A stretch of DNA of 64,000 nt from Amoebidium appalachense (taxonomy: Eukaryota > Protista > Ichthyosporea): assembly GCA_963693365.1 (NCBI GenBank), contig CAVNZM010000002.1, positions 2,310,259-2,374,258 of the forward strand, given 5' to 3'. The position numbers and the translations under genes were made by a program. Below, piece by piece: positions 54,092 to 64,000 of the stretch (the stretch's first letter is position 1; the number at the start of each line of letters is the position of its first letter). The notes below the pieces were generated by a model, which saw nothing but the letters and a program-made list of their open reading frames with translations, did not search any database and was not told the DNA's origin.

Positions 54092-55122
54092 TGTCATTGA
54101 CAACTTGAAGGTCTTGACCAAATGAGGGGTGTGTAAAAGGATTCTCAGCGGAGCCTAGTCAAGTGCGTAAAGCCACGAGTCGCGTGTATGTATGTGTGCG
54201 CGAGTATCAAAGAATGAAGTAGTAGACTTTCGTTGGGAGGCAAGCCTTCACACCAATTCACAGTGATGTGTTAGCCGTTGCCAATCCAGGGCCCCAACCT
54301 ACTCAAAGACCACTGCACTCAATGATGTATATATGTGGTGGTTCGTGGTGTGGTGTGTGTAAGTGTGCATCGGTAGCCCGAGGTGTTTAGACTCAGGGCA
54401 CCGTGACCGCCGTCGGTGGCTGCTTCAAGGGCCGTCTAGGGTCGACCAAGCACACGTGTGGCGAGCTAGGCAGCTACAGCCAAAAGGACCCTTAGCATAA
54501 GCGGCCACAGGGGTAGAGCGCAGCCGTAGCCGGGCTAGAAATAAAGGGGTAGAGAGAAGGAAAACAACAGGTGTTGTATGGTAGAGTGGGTTGATGAAGC
54601 ACCAGTATAGGTGTCAACCTTAGTAACGGCGGCACAGCACACTTTGATCTGTAGAAGTACTTGTCTTGAAGAAGTGGTGATGAACTGGTGAACTGGTCTT
54701 GCTTGCGTGTGCTGTTTTATACCTTCGGATCTCCCACAAATTGTGTGACAACAATTGTTGGGGATCTCAGCCAACCGTTACTCACTTACCCGAGCCTGAT
54801 GTCTGGACAGCTAAATTGCTAGTCCAATCACGGAGCCCGTCTACCTCAATCTCTTGATGTACATTCGATGCACAATATAGTGACGTGCGCAGTCGCCTGC
54901 CGGTGGGTGACACACGTGATACCGCCGCACGTGAACAGCGCATGCCAAAACATGATATGGGTGCGTCCGCCGTGTGGACGCGAGTGTCACATGTCAAGAG
55001 TGACACTTGGTGATCTGCACATGATAATCACACGTGTCAAGTTACATAATATAGCATGATCATGCACTTGCGGACACATGTCCTGGTGCTATTATCGTTT
55101 ATTTTGGAGCAGTTCGATAACA
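54092..55122 (-). mobile_element. Probable solo LTR (1031 bp) inserted in a poly-C tract
   Basis: TG...CA termini with imperfect inverted ends TGTCATTGA/TCGATAACA and CCCCC on both sides (5-bp TSD). Non-coding; TATA-like motif near 54330. Strand is inferred. Confidence 0.6.
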
Positions 55123-55364
55123 CCCCCCCTGGCCAATGGCCCTCAGCTCCAGATCTCGAGCCCTCTCGCTCTCAGTTACAGACACACACACTCTCTCTCT
55201 CTCCCCATCCTCCCACCCACCCACCCACCCACCCACCCACCAACCTTCCTCCCACCCACCCTCCCTCCTGTCTCACCCACCCACCCACCCACGTGCACCT
55301 TTGAGCTCGAGGCCCCTCTTCTCTCCGATCTCCAAAAGAAAATTCACTTGCAGCATCTTTCCGT

Positions 55365-55574
55365 TTTTTAATCGCAAGCATGTTGATAGGTGTGAATTTT
55401 TATGTCGCGTTTTACCTCTTTCCCTACGGGTGTCTGCTACACTGGCTGGCAATGTGACCACTTTAGACTTTTTGTTGAATTCTGTTGGTCGTCACATTGA
55501 GTATTTATATGATTTTCACACGGTGTTCAGGTATATACCTCAGTATGCACTTGTTACTGGATAACTCGTGAAGT
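55365..55574 (+). mobile_element. 3' fragment of a LINE, in tandem upstream of a second copy
   Basis: Highly similar to 63292-63497 (KHVDRCEFLCRVLPLSLRVSATLAGNV...). Confidence 0.85.
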
Positions 55575-55933
55575 CTTCATCCACACGTTGTCTTCATCGA
55601 CCTTAAGAACGCCTACGACACCGTACCCACTGGTTTGTTCAAGTTATGGCACAAGCTGGCTATGCGGGGCTTACCAGCCCCCTTTGGCCGTCTTCTGCAA
55701 GCGTTGTTCGATACCCCTCGCGGACGAGCGGCGGTCAATGGAACATTAACACCCGGTTTTTCCCGCTCTCGGGGTCTTCTGCAGGGGTCCCTCCTGAGTC
55801 TGTTCTTGTTTGACGTTTTCATTGACGATTTAGCCTGCGCCCTCGAACCCTTTGGCCAACTGCATACCCGCCGTGTACCGGGTCTCCTTTTTGCGGACGA
55901 TATTGTTCTTTGTTCCTTAACCGAAGATGTCAT

Positions 55934-56641
55934 TGTCATCTTCACTTAATTCTCAGCAAGACTTAGAAGTTGAGTTTGGTATTTATTTATTAGTTGTTGT
56001 AGTTTGTTTCCTTTTCCTTTCTTCATTTCTTTCTTTCTTTTCCGTTTCCGTGTACACGACATCTTAGATCTGTGTACGTATCGACATACTTAGCTCGCGC
56101 ACACGTATTGTCGTTTGCGTCAAAATCTATATATGTCATCCAATCATATCTCGTTTGTATTTTCCCAAATATAGTAACTTACATTCCTTTCTCATTCCTT
56201 TCCCACGACGTAGCATTGTGCTATGTTCTTCAACTATTAGGAAAAATTATATTTAGACGTGTTATGATAAGAACATGTATAAATATATGTTATGAATTAA
56301 TAGTTACATAAGTGGTTTTATTTTATTAAATGTTTCCGTGCTTTTATTAGAAGTTTCTTTCATTAGAGGATTGAGTTTTATATTCTAAATGTCGACAGAC
56401 ATTTTATTCGATATATTTTACACTCATAGTTTTCATTCTTTTGATTGGTTTATCGTTTCACATTCCCAAGTATAAAAGGGACCTCATCTTGAAATAAATC
56501 ACAAGCAGTCGTATTCACTTCCTATGGTTCCAGAAATCGTTCCTCCTCTCCGGTTGTGTTTTTCCCGTGTGTCTTTGTGTTGTGTTTTACATAACACCCA
56601 TCTGTGCTCTCTGCTTCTCCGTTTACCCACACAAAATAACA
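55934..56641 (+). repeat. Copia 5' LTR
   Basis: TGTCATC...ATAACA, AT-rich, TATAAAA at 56471. No differences from the 3' LTR seen by eye. Confidence 0.95.
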
Positions 56642-56717
56642 GGTTTACGGCCCCTTTGCACGCTAACACACAATCTCGCTACAACCGCGAAAATCTCTCA
56701 GTCTTACTGCTTCAATC

Positions 56718-59230
56718 ATGACTGACAAACCGTCGTATATCAACCTTCCAATATGGAATCCGTCCGAGAAACGAGACGAGAAATGTCTTAATTATTTCGA
56801 GTGGGAGCCACTCATTCACCGGTTCATTAGAACCACCATTGCCGAGAAATTCGTTGACGCTATCAAGAGGCCACAGTGGGTTGACGGCGCTGAAGCCAAC
56901 CAGTGGCTAGGCTACACCACCAAGGACTCCTACAAGAAAGCTTCCGACGTCCTCGACCAGATCCTCAACCAGTCCGTCCACCCGACCGAGCTCTACGACT
57001 CCGGCCGGATGCAAGACGGTGTCCACGGTGGTGAAGTCTTCCACAACCTACGTATGGCGTATGTAGCAGAGAAGGAGGCCCGAGTCACCCAGATTCAAGT
57101 CACCTTCGAGGAGCTTGAACTACGAGACTACCCCAACGTCACAGCATACCTCACCCGTCTCCAACGTCTGGCTACGACACTTGCCTGCCTCGACGAACCC
57201 GTCCAGCACAAGGATGTCGTACGTAAGTTCTTCCTCCACATCCGGAAGAACACAGCCCTGGTCTGCCCCGACATTGAACGTCTCTGCTCCGACTACTGGA
57301 TGAACAACAAGGCCTACCCGTCCTTCAACATGCTCATCAGTGACATCCGAGGAGCTGAAATCCGTGCCGGCCTCATCGACGCAGGCACAGGTGCAACCGT
57401 CAACAACCGTCCCCTCCGTGCACTCCAGAGCAGAGTGCTTCCCCCCGGTGACCTCCGTAACCGTATTCCTCGACGTGAGCATACACCTCACCGTTCCCCG
57501 TCCCGTTCCCGTGATCCTCGTCCTCCCTCCAAGTCACCCGGCCCCCGTTCAACTTCCCCTTACCACCGTGGTAACAGGGACAACCGTAACCGACAGCACA
57601 ACACCAACAGTGTGAAGTGTTCCTACTGCCATGAGCCCCACCACATCACAGCATGCCCGGAGCCTGGCTGCACAGTTGCTCGTCGTGCCAAGCAGGAGAA
57701 AGGTGACAAGAGTGTGAAATTTGCACTCATCTCCTCCACCGGCACACCTGACAGTAACGACCCCGTCTGGGACAGTGCTTGTAATGCACACATCTGCCCC
57801 ATCAAGGAGTATTTCTCCTCCCTTACCCCGTGTCCTCCCACCCCCATTCACGGCCTCGGCACAGTCAATGCCAAACAACGTGGCATCATCAACATGACAC
57901 TGCACTACAACGGCCACCCAACACCGTGCAGCATCAATGCTTACTACGTACCCGAGGCACCGTCTTTCCTCGTGTCTACCTCCATGGCATCAGCTGCCGG
58001 CCTCCTAGGTCATTGTGACGATACAGACAACCACCCGTCGTTCCTCTACAGCCGTAATGGTGACATTATTACAGATCTCACCCCCCTCGACGGTCTCTAC
58101 TACATCACTGACTATGTGATTGAGACTCCTAAACACCCGGGGGTCCAAGCCTACACAGCAAGGACTCAACCACCCGACGACCTCACCCTTTGGCACAACC
58201 GTCTCGGCCACCGTGCCCTCTCCACCGTCACCAGGATGGCCAAGGATGAGCTTGTCATCGGCATGCCCCCCTCCCTCAAGTCACCCGACAACAGTGACTG
58301 CTTCGGCTGCATGTCTGGCAAGACCACCAAGGCCCCCTTTCCCGGCACCCGTTCCAAGTTCACCATTCCCGGTGCTAAGTGGCACCTGGACTTCTTCGAA
58401 GCTCCCTGTGCTTCCTACGGAGGCTACAAGGTTGCTCTGGTGTGTGTTTGTGATGCCACCGGTTACACCACCGTGTTCCCCCTTTACAACCGTGGTGAAA
58501 CCCTCAGCCACATTCAGTCTCTCGTTGAAACCATCGAACGTCAGACACCTGAGATCGTCACCCATCTTCGGTTTGACTCCGGCTCTGAGTTCACCTCCAA
58601 GGACACCGAGGCCTACTGCAAGCAGAAAGGCATCATCATGGAGTTTGCCCCCGTCGACACACCACAACACAATGGTGTTGTTGAACGGAAGATGAGAGAA
58701 CTGCAAGAGACAGTCCGTTGCTTCCTCCATGCCGACAAGGACCAACCTCTCTCTCCCAAGTTGTGGGTTGCTGCTCTCAAGCATACAAGCTACATCCTCA
58801 ACGTCACACCGTCATCTGCTGCCAACGGCAACACTCCCTTCGAGGCCTTCCACGGCTTCAAACCCGACGTCTCCCAGCTCCACGTGTTCGGCTCCCCTGC
58901 CTATGTCCATGTTCCCCGGTCAAAGAGGAACAAGCTGGCATCAACCGTCAGAGTCGGCACCTACGTCGGCTGGGACCTACCCTCCAAGGCACACAAGATC
59001 CTCGACCTTGCCAGCAACCAAATCAAGATCTGCCGTGATGTGATCTTCGACGAGTCGAAATTCACGGGCAGCACCAATCAGGTCTCCGTTCCCCCCAAAC
59101 CCGATCTGCCGACATTGGACCCCCCCTCCGACGACGACGATGAAACTCCGTCTGTGGTCATCTCCCAACCGTCCTGGCACAACCAACCAGCCCCGGTTGA
59201 ACCCGTGCCTCCCCCGAGCCCCCCCCCCCA
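56718..59230 (+). CDS. Copia gag-protease-integrase (true frame ends near the C run at ~59219-59229)
   Basis: Zn knuckle CSYCHEPHHITAC, protease VWDSAC, integrase WHNRLGH..CFGC, WHLD, FDSGSEF, NGVVER. Confidence 0.92.
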
Positions 59231-61083
59231 CTGGCCAACAACCCTTGCTGCCGGCCCCCCCCGTTGCTGTGCATCAACCCGGCTACATGACTCCGGTTCG
59301 TCCTGGGTCCCCCACCTTCCACTCGGCCACGAGCAGCCCTGTGGACACCGATGCCCCCCTCACCACCGGTCCTATTCCTGGCTTCCATGCCCCTATCCCG
59401 GCCTCCACCACCTACCCGGCCACCACCCCCCTCAAGGACCCCCCCAAGCCCAACCTTCGTCGGTCTACACGTCTCACCAAGACTCCAACGGCACTGGTCA
59501 GCATCGTAGCACCGACCATCAACATTGACCAGCTCCCCAAGGGCATTCAAAAGCTTTGCAACGGTCCCAACGGTGATGCCGTCATAGCTGCCCTCACCTC
59601 CGAGTACCAAGCCTTCATCACCAAGGATGTCTTCACCATTGTTGATCCCCCCCCTGGTGCCAACATCATCAAGTTCAAGTGGATTGTGACTGAGAAAGTC
59701 CTCAACTCAGCCGGTGACACCAAGATCAAAGCTCGTGGTGTTGCAAAGGGCTTCACTCAAGTCTACGGTGTTGACTACGGTGACACCTCTTCCCCCGTGG
59801 TGATGTCCTCCTCCGTCCGTGCCCTCCTTGCCATCGGTGTGGACGGCAACCATGAGATTCATCAACTCGACGTCTCAACTGCCTTCCTCAACAGTCCTCT
59901 TCAAGAAGACATCTACATTGAGCCACCACCTGGCTTCATCACCCCCGGCAACGAACACAAGGTCTGGAAACTTAAGAAGGCACTCTACGGGCTCAAGCAA
60001 GCATCACTGGCCTGGTATGAGTACTTCGACAAGGTCCTCCTTGCTCACGGTCTCGAACGTCTCCGTTCAGATCCATGTGTCTACATCAAGACCTTCCCCA
60101 ACGGTGACATCATCCTCACTGGCAACTATGTGGACGACGTCATCATCATCTGCACGGCCAACTCCTCCCACACCAAGGATCTAGTAGACCACATCATGAA
60201 GTCAGCTCTCTGCAAGGTTGACCTTCCCGACATCTTCCTTGGCACCCAGCTCATCCATACCCCCGGTCACCTCAAGCTGCTTCAGCAATCCTACATCAAC
60301 GACATCGTCAGAGACTTCAACCTCAACGATGCTCACCCCAAGGCTACTCCCATTCCCGTCGGCACCGTCATCACCATCAACGAGAACGACTCACCACCCA
60401 TCAAGGTTCCCTACCGTGAACTACTCGGCCGTCTTTTGTGGGTTGCTCGTTGTTCCCGGCCCGACATCTCCTTTGCCATCGGCTACCTCGGTAGATTCAG
60501 TGCCAACCCCACCAAACTTGCATGGGAATGTCTACTCCGTGTAGTTCGGTACCTCATCGGCACTTCCAACCTCGGCCTTCACTACGACAAGTCTGCTTCC
60601 GACGACAACACCCCCTTGCTGGAGTGTTATTCTGATGCTGACTTTGCCAACTGCCCCAACACCCGTCGTTCAACCACCGGATACGTCATCTTCTTCAAGG
60701 GCATACCCATCACATGGTATTCGAAGCTGCAGTCCATCACGGCAACATCCACCACCGAGGCTGAGCTTCTGGCCATCAATGCTGCTGTTCAAAACGTCAT
60801 CTGGCACCGTGATCTCCTCCGTGAACTCGGCTACCCGATGACCGACCCCACCCCCGTCTACTGTGACAACCAGTCCACCATTGCCCTCCTGCACACCAAC
60901 AGCATCAAGCACCGGACCAAACACATTGCAGTCCGTTACCACAACACGAAGGACTACATCAAGAGTGGGGATGTGGTCGTCACCTACGTGTCCAGCAAAG
61001 ACAACGTGGCTGACATCTTCACCAAGCCCCTGCCCGGGCCCTCCCACGAGCAACACCGTGATTCACTCAGTCTTCGTGACTGA
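59230..61083 (+). CDS. Copia reverse transcriptase-RNase H (+1 frame relative to gag-IN)
   Basis: KARGVAKGFTQ, QLDVSTAFLN, LYGLKQA, YVDD, YSDADFA, TEAEL, CDNQS, KHIAVRYH, ADIFTKPL. Confidence 0.93.
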   Translation, partial: TGQQPLLPAPPVAVHQPGYMTPVRPGSPTFHSATSSPVDTDAPLTTGPIPGFHAPIPASTTYPATTPLKDPPKPNLRRSTRLTKTPTALVSIVAPTINIDQLPKGIQKLCNGPNGDAVIAALTSEYQAFITKDVFTIVDPPPGANIIKFKWIVTEKVLNSAGDTKIKARGVAKGFTQVYGVDYGDTSSPVVMSSSVRALLAIGVDGNHEIHQLDVSTAFLNSPLQEDIYIEPPPGFITPGNEHKVWKLKKALYGLKQASLAWYEYFDKVLLAHGLERLRSDPCVYIKTFPNGDIILTGNYVDDVIIICTANSSHTKDLVDHIMKSALCKVDLPDIFLGTQLIHTPGHLKLLQQSYINDIVRDFNLNDAHPKATPIPVGTVITINENDSPPIKVPYRELLGRLLWVARCSRPDISFAIGYLGRFSANPTKLAWECLLRVVRYLIGTSNLGLHYDKSASDDNTPLLECYSDADFANCPNTRRSTTGYVIFFKGIPITWYSKLQSITATSTTEAELLAINAAVQNVIWHRDLLRELGYPMTDPTPVYCDNQSTIALLHTNSIKHRTKHIAVRYHNTKDYIKSGDVVVTYVSSKDNVADIFTKPLPGPSHEQHRDSLSLRD

Positions 61084-61084
61084 G

Positions 61085-61126
<42 letters not shown>

Positions 61127-61607
61127 TCATCTACAGTGGTCTTCAAGTAGGTTGGGGCCCTGGCCAGTGGTCTACACATCACCGTGTAGAGACACCTCCC
61201 AACGAAAGTCTACTGCTGTCTTCATCGATCTTCAGTGTGTGCATCTTCAGTGGGGATTTCTTCTCCACCATCCGTCGTTTATTTATATACCACCATATAT
61301 ATAATGTATTTATCATTAGCCACCAACACGTCACACATACACTAGTTGTTTCTTCTATATATATTTATATATCACGTCATTGGCTACCGTCATCTTCCGA
61401 GTCTTCAGAGGCAACCGTCGTTGTGTGCTTCTTCCGTTTTGGTTTTCTTCCCCGGCTTGCACCTTCAAGTCTTCTCCATTGTCTTCTCGAGTGGGGAAAC
61501 TTGACTGTGACTTCACGGCACCTACTTCTACATGTGTGAAAGTCTTAACATCAACAGTCACATCAACAAACTTCACGAGAACCCAACTTCCAACCCTTGA
61601 GTGGGGA

Positions 61608-62315
61608 TGTCATCTTCACTTAATTCTCAGCAAGACTTAGAAGTTGAGTTTGGTATTTATTTATTAGTTGTTGTAGTTTGTTTCCTTTTCCTTTCTTCAT
61701 TTCTTTCTTTCTTTTCCGTTTCCGTGTACACGACATCTTAGATCTGTGTACGTATCGACATACTTAGCTCGCGCACACGTATTGTCGTTTGCGTCAAAAT
61801 CTATATATGTCATCCAATCATATCTCGTTTGTATTTTCCCAAATATAGTAACTTACATTCCTTTCTCATTCCTTTCCCACGACGTAGCATTGTGCTATGT
61901 TCTTCAACTATTAGGAAAAATTATATTTAGACGTGTTATGATAAGAACATGTATAAATATATGTTATGAATTAATAGTTACATAAGTGGTTTTATTTTAT
62001 TAAATGTTTCCGTGCTTTTATTAGAAGTTTCTTTCATTAGAGGATTGAGTTTTATATTCTAAATGTCGACAGACATTTTATTCGATATATTTTACACTCA
62101 TAGTTTTCATTCTTTTGATTGGTTTATCGTTTCACATTCCCAAGTATAAAAGGGACCTCATCTTGAAATAAATCACAAGCAGTCGTATTCACTTCCTATG
62201 GTTCCAGAAATCGTTCCTCCTCTCCGGTTGTGTTTTTCCCGTGTGTCTTTGTGTTGTGTTTTACATAACACCCATCTGTGCTCTCTGCTTCTCCGTTTAC
62301 CCACACAAAATAACA
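61608..62315 (+). repeat. Copia 3' LTR
   Basis: Follows the PPT; same 708-bp sequence as the 5' LTR. Confidence 0.95.
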
Positions 62316-63696
62316 GTCATGCACCAGATGCTTCGTCAGGTGGATCAATGGTGCACCGAGAATCTCATGACAGTCGAAATTGCAAAGTGTGCTACTTTTT
62401 CGATAAACGCTTCCTTTCGATTAGCCGGTCTTCCTATTCCTGTTCAGAGCACCTATGACTATTTGGGTATTCCTTTTACTGCACGGGGTATTGATTTCCG
62501 CAAGCTCCTCACGGCACGGATCGCTCGTGCGAAGGGTAAGCTTCACATCCTATCAAATATATTTCAACGGGAGTCTGTGATACATTCTGCGAACCTTCTT
62601 CATCTACTATAAAACTTTTTTACGGCCGATTTTCGAATATGGACATCCGCCATTGGCCTGCGCCCCACCTCGCGAGGCGGCCGTGGCGCTGAGAGAGTTC
62701 GACGATTTTCAGGGTACTGCGCTGCACACTTTGTTTCGTACTCGGTTTGTGCCTCCCCTAATCAGTATGTTTGGATTGTCGTCTGCTGTTTGTCGTATGG
62801 AGGAATTGTCTCTTCGTTTTTGTTTTCATTTAGTTAGGATACCTGATGGTCACCCTCTTTATGCTTTCTTTCCCCCCCCTCCCTCCATCCCTCTTCCCCC
62901 CCGATTCACCAACGCTACTTCTGAATGTCCTCAGCCTACCCTCTTTCAACCTGATTCTTCCTCTCGCTATCTCACTCCCTCTTTCTTTTCTCTTCCTGTT
63001 TTTTCTGCCTTTTCGCGTTATTACCATACGCAGTATAAGTTTCTTTCTCGTTCTGATAGAGAAATCAAAGGTAAAACTCAGTCGGCATGTGTTATGTTCC
63101 TTAGGCAACACCGTACTGATCATTATCGCTTTTTGGGAGCTTTGGCAGGAGTTCTCCTGCTGTACGTATGGATACCACCCTAGTAGATACGTCTCTATGG
63201 TGCTCTGATGTTGATATTGCCTGGGAACTTGTTGTGCAGTGGCGCTGTAATTCTTGTTTTCATCGCCGCTGGTGCCACTTTTGTGCTGAACTTTTTAATT
63301 GTAAGCATGTTGATAGGTGTGAGTTTTTATGTCGCGTTTTACCTCTTTCCCTACGGGTGTCTGCTACACTAGCTGGCAATGTGAACACTTTAGACTTTTT
63401 GTTGAATTCTGTTGGTCGTCACATTGAGTATTTATATGATTTTCACACAGTGTTCAGGTATCTCAGTATGCACTTGTTACTGGATAACTCGTGAAGTTTT
63501 TATTGTCTTCTCAGTATGCTGTGCATATACTTGCATATCTTTCCGTCGAATAAATCCAGTCAAAAGAAAAAGAAAAAAAAGTTTTTATTGTCTTCTCAGT
63601 ATGCCGTGCATACTTGCATATCTTTCCGTCGAATAAATCCAGTCAAAAGAAAAAAAATCTTTCCGTCGAATAAATCCAGTCAAAAGAAAAATTCAC

Positions 63697-64000
63697 TGTC
63701 ATAACGTCCCACAATCAACTCTGAATTTGTGAATGGGTCGTGACTCTCAGGTCCGGGTCATTTCCGGGTCAGAGGCCACAGAGGCCCAACTCCCTCTATC
63801 ATTACTTGGTAGCAGAGAAGGTACGATCCATGCGTACCTCTGGGTTGACCTGGCCTGGGAGCGAGCGCAGAGGCGTCAAAGACGTCGGGATGCCGTCTTC
63901 CAGACCGGGGAGATGTCATAACGTCCCACATGTAAAGAAGGCGATAGTCCTCCAATCAAAAGTCTTATCGGGATTCGAGTGATGGTCTGTCCCACAATCA
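63697..64000. mobile_element. Possible start of another element or LTR, cut by the window edge
   Basis: Begins TGTCATAACGTCCCACA, which recurs at 63914; GTCCCACAATCA recurs at 63989. Confidence 0.3.

Larger units (their letters stand above)
55934..62315 (+). mobile_element. Full-length Ty1/Copia LTR retrotransposon (6382 bp)
   Basis: Two 708-bp TG..CA LTRs, GTCAT target-site duplication (55929-55933, 62316-62320), PBS at 56642, PPT GAGTGGGGA at 61599-61607, and domain order gag-PR-IN-RT-RH. Confidence 0.97.
55575..63690 (+). mobile_element. 5'-truncated, frameshifted non-LTR retrotransposon (LINE), split by the Copia insertion
   Basis: RT motifs FIDLKNAYDTV, GLLQGSLLS..LF, LLFADD (55575-55933). 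Removing Copia and one TSD restores EDV-MHQMLRQV...YDYLGI. It continues KTFLRPIFEYG and a C-terminal CHFC..KHVDRC finger, and ends in repeated AATAAATCCAGTCAAAAGAAAA. Confidence 0.88.

Noticed and set aside
56072-56311. Duplicated 79-aa ORF (also 61746-61985)
   Set aside because: A chance ORF inside the two AT-rich LTR copies.

Overview
Eukaryotic genomic DNA. The genes are intron-rich with GT-AG introns, and the introns and intergenic DNA are packed with poly-C/poly-G, (CA)n and (CT)n tracts, so most ORFs in the six-frame track are artefacts. The animal-like furin and full-length ELL suggest a holozoan, possibly a unicellular one (inference only). Genes reconstructed by hand-splicing: an unknown 2-exon protein (2232-3614 +), a protein ending in a Zalpha-like winged helix (~5785-9742 +), elongation factor ELL (14041-23326 -), a furin/kexin convertase (24924-33960 +), Cdc7 kinase (35057-46273 -), an intronless FYVE-like/alpha-beta hydrolase fusion (47987-49045 -) and a LigT-like 2H phosphoesterase (49419-52059 +). 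The last 11 kb is a transposon nest: a Harbinger-type MITE, a solo LTR, tandem LINE copies and a young full-length Copia element inserted in the LINE RT. Two observations stand out. (1) At 11779-12481 there are eight 23-nt hairpins with compensatory base changes that fold well only on the minus strand, downstream of a minus-strand CCAAT/TATA promoter. (2) A dispersed retroposon-like family ends directly in poly-C tracts with no poly-A tail.
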